49,562 bases of DNA. It comes from Octopus bimaculoides (taxonomy: Eukaryota). The stretch covers positions 156,085,866-156,135,427 of the forward strand of contig NC_068983.1 of NCBI RefSeq assembly GCF_001194135.2, given 5' to 3'. The notes below the pieces were generated by a model. The model saw only the letters and a list, made by a program, of their open reading frames with translations, did not search any database and was not told the origin of the DNA. Of the stretch, positions 12,150 to 25,225 are shown piece by piece. Position numbers and translations under genes: made by a program. The stretch's first letter is position 1. Each line of letters opens with the position of its first letter.

Positions 12150-13330
12150 GCTTCTGAGGTCACGGAGATCCATAATAATGTTGGTAGATGTAGTTCATAT
12201 GCAGCCGTATGGATGCAATTAGCATTGGATGAGATGAGCATTGTGTATGAAGGTAGAAGTTTAGCTGGCTTGTATCTGCCTAAACTTTTTCTGTAAGATC
12301 TCTATTTAGAATTGTACGTCGGTTGTTCCTTTTAAATTCATAGCCTTCGACCTCAAATATCTTTGCCTTGATCGCACAAAACTCATCAATTGGGCATGTC
12401 AATTTTCTCTGTATAATTTTATGGATTGTACTTTCTATATTTCAGACAAATTCTATTCAAATTATTCTGCCGCGATGTTGGCTTATTAGCAAGTTGTATG
12501 CATATTTCTAAAAATCTATTTTAGGATTTAAAATTTTATTTAGTTTTTTTATAATAATCGTGGACAAGGGCTTGAATTGTGTAAACGTAACGTGCCTGCT
12601 TTTAGCTCTGAACTAGAAGAGAGTTTAGAAATTTATGTGATAACATACCTGAAAAACGTTCATTTTATCTCTGTGGAGGAAAGGTAGGATTTAACCTTGA
12701 TATATTTTATAAAATACAGGTCTTTGATAAAACTTATAATAGTTGTTACCTTGATTGAGGTGACATCCAAGAAGTTTCTTATCTGTAAGTTAGTATTGAT
12801 AGTAATTGTCGAGAGTTCTGATATAGTTCTGCCTAAAGAATTCTAGCACAGGCCAGTTAGCAGAATTGTTCTCTGTTTGAGTGTCGTCTCTATAAAACCT
12901 GACACAGGTGCTTATGGATAAACTTTTCCAACTGTTCAGTATGGAATAATGTGATATAGATCTAGGCCTCTATATGACTATATACCTATACTGACCGTGC
13001 CTGTTGTGCCTGACATTTGACGCAGACCGAACGTCCATCGGAAAAAGAATCTCCCTATATTCTCTATAACATGATAAAATTTTGCAAAATCTTGCACTCT
13101 GCAAAGCAAAGAATGAGAGACCGACATGTCGAAGTCAACGATACTGATTTGCAATATGATAAAATTATTATAAAATTTGATGGTTATTTTGTTATAGGCC
13201 CAGTGTTGGAGATGAGTTAGGAATTACTTTCCGAAATTAGTCGTTAAACCCTCCTTAGAATAGTTTCTGATCTAGCTACGTTTATTGGCTTATACCTGGA
13301 ATCTATGATAAGCCCCATGCGTAGATAGGC
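12150..13330 (-). mobile_element. Highly degenerate Penelope-like element (YRDD-type RT, possible C-terminal endonuclease remnant)
   Basis: Minus-strand motifs in the expected order: ISNTGPIT, FYRDDT (12883-12894), ITINTNLQIRNFLDVT (about 12760-12810), CPIDEFC. Many stops and frameshifts; boundaries approximate. Confidence 0.6.
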
Positions 13331-13527
13331 ATTCCATTCTATCTTTTATTCTTACTTTCTGGACTACAGGTTTAGCTAAGCATGAATATTATTATGTGTG
13401 TGCGTGTGTGTCTTCTGTCTGTGTCTTCTGGAATCTATTTTGTATAGATTCCTGAGATCTATTTCGTATAAATTCATTAGAAAATACGAATGAATTAATG
13501 CTTTTATCAATATTTAGGGCAGCTTAC

Positions 13528-13690
13528 GGCGGCAAGCTAGCAGAATCGTTAGCACGCCGAGAAAATTGCTTCACGTTCCTAATTCAAATACGCTGAGGTC
13601 GACTTTGCTTTCATCTTTGCTGGGTTCGATGTAATTGTCTTAACCCCTCCCTCGAAATTGTTGACTTTGTGCCAAAATTTGAAATCAATA
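13528..13690 (+). mobile_element. SINE family 1, internally deleted copy
   Basis: ggcggcaagctagcagaatcgttagcacgccg...gaggtcgactttgc...tgtgccaaaatttgaa, homologous to 19228-19450. Confidence 0.8.
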
Positions 13691-13704
13691 TTTTTAACAT
13701 ATTG

Positions 13705-13825
13705 TAAGGTGGTGAGCAGGCACTGGTTGGCATGCTGGGCAAAATGTATAGCGGCATTTCTTCTGTGAGTTCAAATTTCACCAAGGTAGACTTTATCTTC
13801 TAACCTTTCTACGTGAATAAAATAA
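13705..13825 (+). mobile_element. SINE family 1, degenerate 5' fragment
   Basis: aaggtggtgagc...gggcaaaatg...gagttcaaatttcaccaaggtagacttt. Confidence 0.65.
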
Positions 13826-14861
13826 ATAACAGTTGAGCACAGTTGAGATGGTCTTGTGCTAAAATTTGAAGCCAATATCTTTAATATCGGCTCGAAATTC
13901 TTTCCGATTAATGCTCATGTACGTACGGAATTGAACATCAGTCATTAGGTCTTTTGGGTCGCCGTTCAGTTTTTCTGGATTTTTCCTCTGATGATGGTGG
14001 TATTTTATTCTGGTTTTTACGCTTAAATATTTTCTAATTAATTTATTTTCATGCAACATTTACCTAAATGAATTATTTTTAAATGCTACCAATTTTAATT
14101 TCATTATTTTACAGTTCTAAAATTAATATATTTTTACTCAATATTAACTTTACTTTTGTTAGCACTTTATTAATTCTAGTTATTTGTAAATAATTCTCTC
14201 AGCTCACACATTATCATCATCATCACCTTTATCATCATCATCATCACCAAAATCTTTTCGTAATTTGATGTATTTCTCCTTGTTCTGCTTTTCTTGATTT
14301 TTTTTCTCTTCAATCATCTTTCCTTCGTTTTAATCTAAAAATGTATAAACATTCTTAATATTTGTGTTAAAGAAAATACTTCTGACTATGAACACGTTGC
14401 AGTTTTCATGACACTCATAGTTAATGACTCACTGTTTCGCGTTTTACCTAACAATTATTGAGAATAATATATATATTAGAAGGGTTTTTATTTCACCTTG
14501 ATTGTCTCTCTATCGTACTAAATATACCAACCCCATTGTCCGTGTATGTATAGCAGTTACACATTTATGCAAAGATGTTGTCTTGTAGATTTCAAATATG
14601 AGATATGCCAAACTGACGATATTTGTTGAAGAATTTTGTTGAAGTAACCATGTCATTGTGCAGTGTAAATCTTCAGAACACAGCCATTACAACTAATCGC
14701 GTTTGAAGATGTGACATTTCCCAAAAGAGGTGTGTTGTAATAGTTAAAAATGTTACTTTGCCATTAAAACTCTTGCGCTCGATCATAGTTCCTTTAAATT
14801 ATGCTAGTGTCAGTTGATATTGTTTTCTATTCTAGGTACAATGCTGAAAATTTTAAAAGAG

Positions 14862-15035
14862 GGGAACAGTCGATTAGATGGACCCAGTACGCAACTGGTA
14901 CTTAATTTGTCGACCCCGAAAAGATGAAAGCAAAGTCAACTCCCGGCGGAATTTGAACTCAGAACGTAAAGATAGACGAAATACCGCTAAGCATTTCGCC
15001 CGGTGTGCTAACGTTTCTGCCAGATCGCCACCATC
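14862..15035 (-). mobile_element. SINE family 1
   Basis: Reverse complement of the family-1 head and body (ggcggaatttgaactcagaacg, ccgctaagcatttcgcccgg). Confidence 0.85.
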
Positions 15036-15519
15036 TTGTGCCATTTCAGATTGTCTCGGGTCAAACAAAGACATGCGAGTTAAATTGGTTTGATGACAGC
15101 GAAGCATATTCACTTAGTATCACGTTGATTCTCCTAGAGGATTATGTCTAGGCGCAAAATTTGAGAAGTAAGTTGCTATATACTCTATCATTCAATGAGT
15201 AAACAGTTGAGTTGAATGGGCTGATATACTCATCGATAAAGATATCTATTCATAAAATTGTGAAATACGTCACAGGAAAAGAATGTTGAAGCATGTGACT
15301 CATGTCTATCATTTGTGGCAGTATTGAAGATGAAATTCATTTTGTTCTTTACGTGAACGACAATTTTGTTTATAAATTCAGTATATTTATTTCTAAATAT
15401 ATGGATACATATGTGCTTATATATAGTAATAATATACATGTGTGTACATGTATATAGATATGGAAGTATATCATAAGATTTATATATATGTATATAAATA
15501 TATAAATATATAAATATAT

Positions 15520-16030
15520 GGCTCAGAGTGTTTAAACTTGGCCCGAATTTTCTAATAACATGAAGCTCTTTGTTTTGACGTTGGGTGAAAGTTGAGTTGT
15601 AATTGAATTGGTAAAGTGGGAAGGTCGTAAACTTTGGATTTTTATTCGGTGTACATCTGTCTATGTGGTCGCTGACAGGCATTTTTTTGTATTCAGGATT
15701 CCTAATTTGGGATTTATGTAATGTCATCCTTTTTTCGTAGGCTGTTTTTGTATGGCCTATATATTGCCTATTGCATCCTGCGCAAGTTATTACATAAATT
15801 AGGTTTTCCGATGCACAGGTGAAGTTTGTTCTGATGATGAAATGATGAACTTGTTCTAATGTGTATTGCCGAACCTTCTACTAAGATGGCACAAATCCCG
15901 CAGATTGGCCTTCCACACTTTTTGACTGTTGGTTTTGTGGTTATTATTGGGTGCAGTTTAGCCTGTGTTATAGTCTTCTATCAGGATTTTGGCTGTCGTT
16001 TGCTTTTTATGATGGTGTACGACAGTTGAG
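15520..16030 (-). mobile_element. Penelope-like element, GIY-YIG endonuclease remnant
   Basis: Minus-strand IIKSKRQPK...KKCGRPICGIC...FTCASENLIYVITCAGCNRQYIGHT...RMTLHKSQIR...HVIRKFGPSLN. This is the CxxC, IY-x(n)-YIG and PSLN pattern of Penelope endonucleases. Confidence 0.85.
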
Positions 16031-16739
16031 TGCAGTCAGTAATACAATTACATTTACTAATCAGTGCTGGATATTTATACCTTGCTCGGTTATAAATACT
16101 TTTTCTTCCTGTATTTTCTATTCGTTTCTTGATGATAAATACTTGTATTTTGTGTTTTTCTCCTCTGTTATACGGAACTTAATTCTTCATTACTTCTAAC
16201 AGTATTACTTCGACTAGATATTATTTCCATGTCATTCCTGCTTTTGGATATAATTCTATCTCTGTTCATGAAATTTCTTTTTTGCAGTTTTAACATTGTT
16301 TATAAAATCCTGTTTCTAATTCTCTTTTATGTTAAGCCAATAAACATCCGCTCCTATGTGGTGTTTTCTGCGTATTTTGAGATATTTCCTTGCATTTAAA
16401 TCTAATTTATTGTGTGAATATTATTTAACAGTACACATAAATTGTGTAAAGAATTTATTGTCATTCTTTTACACTTTACATTTAGTCCACTTTGTGACAG
16501 TAACTTCAGATCTTGTTCATATTCCCGCTTAATTTATTGTTATACTTTTCTTTTATTTGTTTGGATCTGCCTATGCGATTTCTGTTCATTTCTTGTATAG
16601 TAATGTTTCTTATTCTGTTAATCTCTCTTATAACCATCCCTACTTCAGGTGTAATATCTTTTTTTTTTTTCCTTTTTCAACTTTCCTATAATGCAGTTCT
16701 CTTGAATTGTATTCTACACCATATTTCATGTTCAAGTAT

Positions 16740-17250
16740 TTACCGAAAATTCGTATTTTTAGAATAGTGATTCCATATTTTTGCACGATCGCGCTTCAGA
16801 TCATCCATTTAAAATTTAGTGGTTCTGTTCTGTCTCATTTTATAATATAAAAAAGAACACTATTCCTTAATATTATATCTCTTTTGTGTGTGGTGGTAGT
16901 GGAGTCCTTGATTCAAGAGAATATTTGCCATACAGAAGAAAAGGAAAGATATGGAATGAATCCGAAAGATACCTTTATTATATATCTTGTTTATTGCATT
17001 GATCTTTTCTTCGCTCTTCATTGTTTCCGAATTATAACTCATGCAATTGCTAACACAAGGTTTGATGTTGCCAATGTTCACATCTTTCCCCATGGTATCG
17101 CAGAGTACAAGGCCGTGACAATTTTGTTCATAATATATTCTACTCTATGATATAATCCGCCCTATAATATATTCCAAATAGTCTATGCTATATCTAAATT
17201 CAGTATTCAGTTTTTCCTTGAAAATTTGGGTAAATTCTTACTCCTCATAA
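16740..17250 (-). mobile_element. Possible further Penelope-like ORF remnant upstream of the GIY-YIG fragment
   Basis: Only weak resemblances (ILLNQGLHY; *MDDL; K-rich). Could be unrelated. Confidence 0.25.
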
Positions 17251-17308
17251 TCTTTCTTCATTTTGCAATATTGTGTTTCTTTTTGGCCTTTATACCTAAT
17301 AAAGGACA

Positions 17309-17310
<2 letters not shown>

Positions 17311-17378
<68 letters not shown>
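17311..17378. repeat. (TTA)n microsatellite at the 3' end of RLE family B
   Basis: Seen directly. Confidence 0.95.
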
Positions 17379-17381
<3 letters not shown>

Positions 17382-17645
17382 TAGTTTTATTTTTATAACG
17401 TGCTTTCACTTCACTACCGAGCGCAGCTCTATGTGCCTTGGGTATGTGCTGTGGTTTGTTGTGATGCTCTTATGGTTACTGTATTGAAAGTGTTTTGCTT
17501 ATGATGTGTGCAGTGCCCAGTAGTGCAATTTTCTGTATGTTATATATATTTGTAAGTCCTGGTGTTTTTGTTATGTATTTGTCTGAATATTATTTTATTA
17601 TACCTAAGGCACCTACTATGATAGGAATTGTTTCTGTTTTTATAT
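17379..17645 (-). mobile_element. RLE non-LTR retrotransposon 3' end, family B (R4/Dong-like)
   Basis: Minus strand KTETIPIIVGALGIIK*YSDKYITKTPGLTNIYNIQKIALLGTAHIISKTLSIQ*, short UTR, then (TAA)n. The 5' side runs into a gap. Confidence 0.85.
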
Positions 17646-18176
17646 NNNNNNNNNNNNNNNNNNNNNNNNNNNNNNNNNNNNNNNNNNNNNNNNNNNNNNN
17701 NNNNNNNNNNNNNNNNNNNNNNNNNNNNNNNNNNNNNNNNNNNNNNNNNNNNNNNNNNNNNNNNNNNNNNNNNNNNNNNNNNNNNNNNNNNNNNNNNNNN
17801 NNNNNNNNNNNNNNNNNNNNNNNNNNNNNNNNNNNNNNNNNNNNNNNNNNNNNNNNNNNNNNNNNNNNNNNNNNNNNNNNNNNNNNNNNNNNNNNNNNNN
17901 NNNNNNNNNNNNNNNNNNNNNNNNNNNNNNNNNNNNNNNNNNNNNNNNNNNNNNNNNNNNNNNNNNNNNNNNNNNNNNNNNNNNNNNNNNNNNNNNNNNN
18001 NNNNNNNNNNNNNNNNNNNNNNNNNNNNNNNNNNNNNNNNNNNNNNNNNNNNNNNNNNNNNNNNNNNNNNNNNNNNNNNNNNNNNNNNNNNNNNNNNNNN
18101 NNNNNNNNNNNNNNNNNNNNNNNNNNNNNNNNNNNNNNNNNNNNNNNNNNNNNNNNNNNNNNNNNNNNNNNNNNNN

Positions 18177-18285
18177 GATTTCGTCTTCAGATTCCACATT
18201 TTGCTAATTTCTATTTCAAGATCTTCATATTTGCTCAGTTTTTGGTAGGTCTTGACAGATACGTTTATATCGATTGGGACAGTCA

Positions 18286-18288
<3 letters not shown>
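18177..18288 (-). mobile_element. RLE non-LTR retrotransposon fragment, family A, 5'-truncated at a (TAA)n tract
   Basis: MTVPIDINVSVKTYQKLSKYEDLEIEISKMWNLKT, near-identical to part of the copy at 26245-26810. Confidence 0.88.

Positions 18289-18362
<74 letters not shown>
18289..18362. repeat. (TTA)n microsatellite between RLE families C and A
   Basis: Seen directly. Confidence 0.95.
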
Positions 18363-18364
<2 letters not shown>

Positions 18365-18365
<1 letters not shown>

Positions 18366-18740
18366 CTTTTTATCACAGGTTTTGTTGGAACTCCTGATGT
18401 CTTTCATGCGTAGCCGGCTTGCTACTTGCAGACTACGGTACCATGCTATCTTTTCTGTTCAGCTAATACTTTCCTGGTTATTCTGGCCGTGTGAAGGGGG
18501 CGAACATTTTATAACAGTTCTACTAGGCACTCTATTCCAATTTCCTTAATATTTCTCTTCCGATACTGTTCCCAAGGACCCAACAAGGATCTGCACTATA
18601 TTCATCTTCATTTTCCATAGCAGGGCTATTCCGTACTTAAGAGGGTTGTATTTATTTTTTTTTTCACCTCTACTATTTTTCTTCCTTACTATTCGTGGGT
18701 CAAAGGAGCATGCAACATCGACTATATAGCACATGAATTA
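18365..18740 (-). mobile_element. RLE non-LTR retrotransposon 3' end, family C
   Basis: CYIVDVACSFDPRIV...KNKYNPLKYGIALLWKM...ILVGSLGTV, then after a frameshift EIGIECLVELL*NVRPLHTARITRKVL. The UTR ends in (TAA)n. Confidence 0.78.
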
Positions 18741-19227
18741 TGCTCCGTCAACTGATGGCTGAAGAGAGAAGTCGCGGTATGATTCTGATTCATGATGGCG
18801 GACATAGAAGAATCCAACATATACTTTGCCAAGTATTCTGTGGTGTTGTAGAAACTTACAATAAAGTGCTGAAGTGGTTTGTCTCCAATTAGTTTCGTGG
18901 GAGATTAAATACTTTAAAATATAAAATTGTTCTGGTTGTTTCGGGAAAGTACTATAAAATACCAGGTACATATAGTTTAAATCAGAAAATTCAGTCGTTT
19001 TAAGTTTTGATGTGCACAGTCTTTTCTCAGTTTATCAAATGCTTATTTTATAAAGACTGATACACATGGCTATGTATTATATACCCACAAAGGTATATAC
19101 CTCGTTGCATATATGTATATACATCTACAGGCTACTACTTCCTTCCTTTGGGACGAAAAGCACCAAGTTAATGTAGACAGGATAAAGATATGTTTTTTCT
19201 TTACTTTCAACTTCGATGTTGATTTAA

Positions 19228-19450
19228 AAGATGGCAGCAAGCTAGCAGAAACGTTAGCATGCCGGGCGAAATGCTTAGCGGTATTTCGTCTGCCGCGACG
19301 TTCTGAGTTCAAATTCCGCCGAGGTCGACTTTGCCTTACATCCTTCTGAAGTCGATAAATTAAGTACCAGTTGCGTAATGGGGCCGATCTAATCGACTGA
19401 CCCCCGTCCCCCAAAATTTCGGGCTTTGTGCATAGAGCAGAAAACATTAT
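19228..19450 (+). mobile_element. SINE family 1, near full length
   Basis: aagatggcagcaagctagcagaaacgttagc...gagttcaaattccgccgaggtcgactttgcc...ccccaaaatttcgggctttgtgc. Confidence 0.9.
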
Positions 19451-20825
19451 TGTCTTTTTGGTACGAAAGTGTCATGTGGCAGAACTTTGAGCGTTACATT
19501 CCTAATTCGTAGTGTTAAACCGAACAGATGTTGTCCATGCTGCTGACTGCAGTGCTAATTCCTCTTCATAGAACAACGCTGGAAGTTTTCTTTCGTTTGT
19601 TTACGTAGGACGACATTGAAAGAATGAAGAACAGTTAATTCTCTCTTTGTCAATCTAATTTACACTTAAAAAAAATTAATGTCACAATGAAGAGGGAAAC
19701 TCATTATTTCATGAATTGTTTATAAAAGATGTGCGACTGCATTAAAATGAGCGGTGGCATCTGTGACTATATTATGGGGAACAACAGTTGTTAGACGGCA
19801 CTAAGGTTTTTTTTGGTTAAGGCGATCTTGAATGTATGGGGCACCCTGATTGTTCCCTGTTAGGTTGAAGCGGAATGTGGCTCAGTAGTGCAACTGGGAC
19901 AGGGATAATTTGGAGTTTGCCATTACTGACCACAATGAAAGTCTTCCAAATAAGACTATCCAAACTATCCGCATCGATGTACAAACACCTTCCAGACAAT
20001 CATCGGAGGGCCCCACCACCTCTTATAAAATGCGCAGGTGGCGATATTCTAGAAACTATAAAAATATCTTTAGTAGCAGCGTCGAAGAAACACCACCACC
20101 ACCAGTGTCTACATCAATCCAACTACCTCCACCAGCATTGCAGCAATGTTACTACTACCACTACCACTATCACCACTAGCGTCAAGAACAACTGTATAGT
20201 CTAATGCATAGCTGAATTTCAGAATCTTGTGAAGTTAATAATGAAGTCATTTTTGTTTCCCGTCTGTAAACGATTGCCTGATTGCATAGTCGTTGATGGC
20301 TTCAAATTGCATTAAGTCCTTTGGGCGAGAACAAATGAACTGGTGATTGGTTGTGCTGTGATTGATTTGTTTTGCCGACTTCAAACCTGTAAAATGTACT
20401 TGCGCACTTCTGTCTGTTCGTTTGATTTAGTGTGTTTTGTCTCTCTATTTCTGTTGCATTATTCCTTGGATGTTAGTGAGTCTTCGTGTGTTTGTGTGCG
20501 TATGTACTAGTGTACGTGTGTTTGTGTGTGCATTTGTAGTTTGTGTATTTCTGCAATCCAGTGTTTATGGTTGCTGAGTTGGGTTTTTTTTTATATCTTT
20601 GTGAGCGTACTTGTTCTTTAGTCCCAGGTCAACCCTGATTGAGCAGACACATGATCAAAAGCATTTCAGCCATAACTACTTCGACATTTTAAAAGTATGT
20701 AAGACTACATTATGTAACAAGCCTTTTCCATATTTAAAATGGGAAAGTATACGTTTCGTTTTTTAGATGTAGCAGCTATTTCTGTAAGTTCCAGTGATCA
20801 AGGAGAGGTATTTATGATTTATGTG

Positions 20826-20867
<42 letters not shown>

Positions 20868-22801
20868 NNNNNNNNNNNNNNNNNNNNNNNNNNNNNNNNN
20901 NNNNNNNNNNNNNNNNNNNNNNNNNNNNNNNNNNNNNNNNNNNNNNNNNNNNNNNNNNNNNNNNNNNNNNNNNNNNNNNNNNNNNNNNNNNNNNNNNNNN
21001 NNNNNNNNNNNNNNNNNNNNNNNNNNNNNNNNNNNNNNNNNNNNNNNNNNNNNNNNNNNNNNNNNNNNNNNNNNNNNNNNNNNNNNNNNNNNNNNNNNNN
21101 NNNNNNNNNNNNATATATATATATATATATATATGTACGTATATATATGTATATATATATAGGTGCCAGCCTTCTCACGTTCTCGTCTGTTGTTGTTTTT
21201 TCGTACATTCTCCGATATATATATACATATATATATATATATACGTGTACTTGTATATATGTGTGTGCGTGTGTCTGTATTTCTGTGTCTGTGTGTGTAC
21301 GAGCGTGTGACAGGAGATGGATTATCCAGTGTTTTGTGCGAGTTCATAATAGTGTTATGTAGGGAACCTTGTGAATATGTGACCTTGTTTCTTTGCGTTT
21401 TTGCTTGAATAACAAACACATTAACAACCAATTCTCCACAGAAACAGGAGGACTTCTTGATGCTAAGAAATTTATCAGTACGTGTATATATACTACTCGA
21501 GTGAGAAAATTGCATATACTTAAGCAATTCAGCGCCAGAGACACTGAATTTATAGATGACAAATACTGGCGATGTCGACCTAAAGTTATATAATACATTG
21601 CAATGGAAAATTGCTCGTTTCTTCAATACAATACTATATCGCAGTACCTGCAGAAATGTCGCAATTATTTTGAAAACTTTTAGAATATAATCATATAGAA
21701 AATCGTGAAATACGTAATTTCTTCTGAAATTATAATTCATTTGAATCTTTCGACGCTAGATATTTTGTTTAAGTCCACGTCTATAGCACTGAAAGTATTT
21801 ATTAGGAGAAATCAACTCTGTAAATAATATTCTTTGTTATAAACCTGTCATACTTCTATCTTGGGATTTCCTAACTATTATTATTCATATTTTCAAACTA
21901 AGCAATCTTAACTATGAATTAAATGGAACAGAAACTGTCTAAGATATTATTCTCCTCAACTAAATACTATGTTGGTAAAGCTTTAGGGTTGAGGCTCATT
22001 ACGAGGCACCATAGACAAGTGTTTTTAAAATAGTACCTGGTCGATCAAAGCCTAGTCACTGGATTCGGTAGGCAGAAACTAAAAGTCAATCGTATATGTG
22101 TGTGATATGTACGTGAGTGTGTGCGTTTGTGTTTTTGTGTGTGTGTGTATGCGTGTGTGTGTATGTGCGTGTGTGTGAGCGCCTATCGTAGCGCTTCGGC
22201 AAAAAAGAGAAAAACAATTAAATAAGTACAACTATTAGAACGAAATAAGTAATGGTTAATGCTTAAGTAACAATCTAGATGAGTTAGGTATTTCAGAAAG
22301 AGAAATCAACCGACTAACTTCTACATTAAATCTACAAGTGGAGCACTAAAAATATGTAAGACTTTTGCCAAACTTAAAATGTCATATTGTTTTTATTATC
22401 TACATTCCCCCGATACAGATTCGTGTCTTTGTTCTGATAGAATTCTGGAAAAACTGTGTAGCAACAGATCGCCAGCAATTGCTTCATCAGAAATTGCCGT
22501 CCTACCTCCTGCTAAAAGGGATTACCCTTGTATGTATAATCAGGGCAGCGCAAAAAGTTATTTTGCACAAGCATTTCTATAGCCAATTAGACGGATGAAA
22601 TTTACGTACGCTTAATACTGTTACGCAAAACAGCCTTCAAACCTTCCCTATTAATTTCATCGTCTTTTGAATTATAAACATATTTACATCATAAGGGTTT
22701 TTTCGTTGTAAGGCTTTCTTTTTTAGTTGATTTTCGCCTAGCAATACTTATCCTAGATGGCGTAATAAGTCACACCCAGACAAGGTCGGGTTATACTGCT
22801 A

Positions 22802-22855
<54 letters not shown>

Positions 22856-23267
22856 TGTATGTATGTATGTATGTGTGCATGTATGTATGCATTATGTATG
22901 TATGTATGTATGTTTGTATGTATGTGTGTATGCATATAATGTTATAAGAAAAATCAAAAATTTGTTAAATGCGACCAAGCAGGGTTTCCTGGACGAAATA
23001 ACAATTTATTATGCCTTGTTTCAAGCTGAGAAGAAAACCGTTTGTCACTTGTCTTTTGAGCAGATGGTGTTTAAACTAGTGACGCTGATAAAAAGATTTT
23101 GTCGGAAATTAAAGGTAGACCACCGGACACTAGTAAGCCATTAATATCTTGTTTACGTCTGCTTGACATCAAATTATGGTAACGTTAATCATCGCACTTT
23201 GTTTCCTTGCGTTATTCTTTACCAACGCGTACTTGAGCGTGCTTCTGAAGTTTGTTTATAAAGCACA

Positions 23268-23303
<36 letters not shown>

Positions 23304-23906
23304 NNNNNNNNNNNNNNNNNNNNNNNNNNNNNNNNNNNNNNNNNNNNNNNNNNNNNNNNNNNNNNNNNNNNNNNNNNNNNNNNNNNNNNNNNNNNNNNNN
23401 NNNNNNNNNNNNNNNNNNNNNNNNNNNNNNNNNNNNNNNNNNNNNNNNNNNNNNNNNNNNNNNNNNNNNNNNNNNNNNNNNNNNNNNNNNNNNNNNNNNN
23501 NNNNNNNNNNNNNNNNNNNNNNNNNNNNNNNNNNNNNNNNNNNNNNNNNNNNNNNNNNNNNNNNNNNNNNNNNNNNNNNNNNNNNNNNNNNNNNNNNNNN
23601 NNNNNNNNNNNNNNNNNNNNNNNNNNNNNNNNNNNNNNNNNNNNNNNNNNNNNNNNNNNNNNNNNNNNNNNNNNNNNNNNNNNNNNNNNNNNNNNNNNNN
23701 NNNNNNNNNNNNNNNNNNNNNNNNNNNNNNNNNNNNNNNNNNNNNNNNNNNNNNNNNNNNNNNNNNNNNNNNNNNNNNNNNNNNNNNNNNNNNNNNNNNN
23801 NNNNNNNNNNNNNNNNNNNNNNNNNNNNNNNNNNNNNNNNNNNNNNNNNNNNNNNNNNNNNNNNNNNNNNNNNNNNNNNNNNNNNNNNNNNNNNNNNNNN
23901 NNNNNN

Positions 23907-24671
23907 TCAATCCCACCAGATAGAGAGAAGAACCTTTTCCCCATGAAGCTCCCTTCTCGGTTGTGGTTGAGCTTTTCCCCTTTTACCAAACCACTGTTTA
24001 CGACGTTTAACATTTCGATAGAAGATCCATTTTTCGTCACCAGCCACAAGTCTATCCAAAAAAGGGTGAAATGAGTTCGCGAGAATGGAGAGAAGAGCAG
24101 ATGTCAACTCGGGATTTGCAGTTGCTTTCGGATAATTCATGAAGCACCCATTTTCCAAGTTTAGGAACCTTTCCAAGTTGTTGAAGATGACGATGAACAT
24201 TTGTATGGTTTGAACTAAGCTGTATTGTCAATTCTTCAACAGATGATGCAGGATTTTCTTCAAGTAATGCCTCAAGGAGTTTATCATCAAATTCAACTGG
24301 ACGTCCTGTTCAATCTTCATCTTCAAGACTGAAATCTCCACTTATGAATTTTGCAAACCATCTTCTGCATTCATTCAAGCATTATTTCCCATAAATTGAG
24401 TGTATGTTTCGAGTCGCTTCGGCTGCAGTTTCTTTTTTTGTACTCATAAAGCATTATGTGGCTTAAATGCTCTTTGGCTACTTCCATGTTAGAAAGGGTT
24501 TTAATCAAAGACATTTTAATTCTATTATTCTGTAAAATAATATTTAATTAGTTTAAATGTACACAAATGCATAAAAATAATTTTTAGTTCGACTAGACAT
24601 TCCAAAATACTATTAAATTTCATTCAATTTTAAAAAAGGTAAAATCGCACAGAACTTATGGGATTACCTGA
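23907..24671 (-). mobile_element. mariner 5' half (cut by assembly gap)
   Basis: TIR-like end TA-tcaggtaatcccataagttctgtgcg. Start MEVAKEHLSHIMLYEYKK (ATG at 24487). PFLDRLVAGDEKWIFYRN...LHGEKVLLSIWWD carries the first catalytic D. Confidence 0.9.
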
Positions 24672-24962
24672 TATATACATACATAACTCATGTTTATCTT
24701 TGCCATTGCCTGTATCCTACGAGCATAATATTCTTGCATTATGTATGTCCAGGGTTAACATAGGTAATTCTGCCAGTAGTAAAACAGATATTTTTATTCC
24801 TTAGACGGTTATTCTAAACTCTAACTCTACTAACCTATATATATATATATATGTATGTATGTATGTATGTATGCGTATATATATATATATATATATATAC
24901 GCATACATACATACATACATACATATATATATTTACACACATACATATATACATACATACAC

Positions 24963-24993
<31 letters not shown>

Positions 24994-25094
24994 TAGATAT
25001 ATATCTACATACATTCATATATATATGTGTACACATGCACATACACGCACGCACACATACATATATTGGTTCCAAATTTTGTGACAAGACCAGG

Positions 25095-25225
25095 AACGTT
25101 GGGGGAAGTGGCAAGTAGATTCCAGCAATCAACTTATTTTATCGAATTCGAAAGGATGAAAGGTAAAGTTGACCTCGGCGGAATTTGAACTCAAAACACG
25201 AAGACGGATGAAATGCCGCTATACC
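25095..25225 (-). mobile_element. SINE family 1 fragment
   Basis: ggatgaaaggtaaagttgacctcggcggaatttgaactc. Confidence 0.75.

Noticed and set aside
13859-14059. Minus ORF ending RKNPEKLNGDPKDLMTDVQFRTYMSINRKEFRADIKDIGFKF
   Set aside because: No recognisable domain and no splice support.
19790-20060. Possible Tc1-like DDE remnant on the minus strand (GGG-x-M-x-W-like)
   Set aside because: Motifs are too degraded to support a call by eye.
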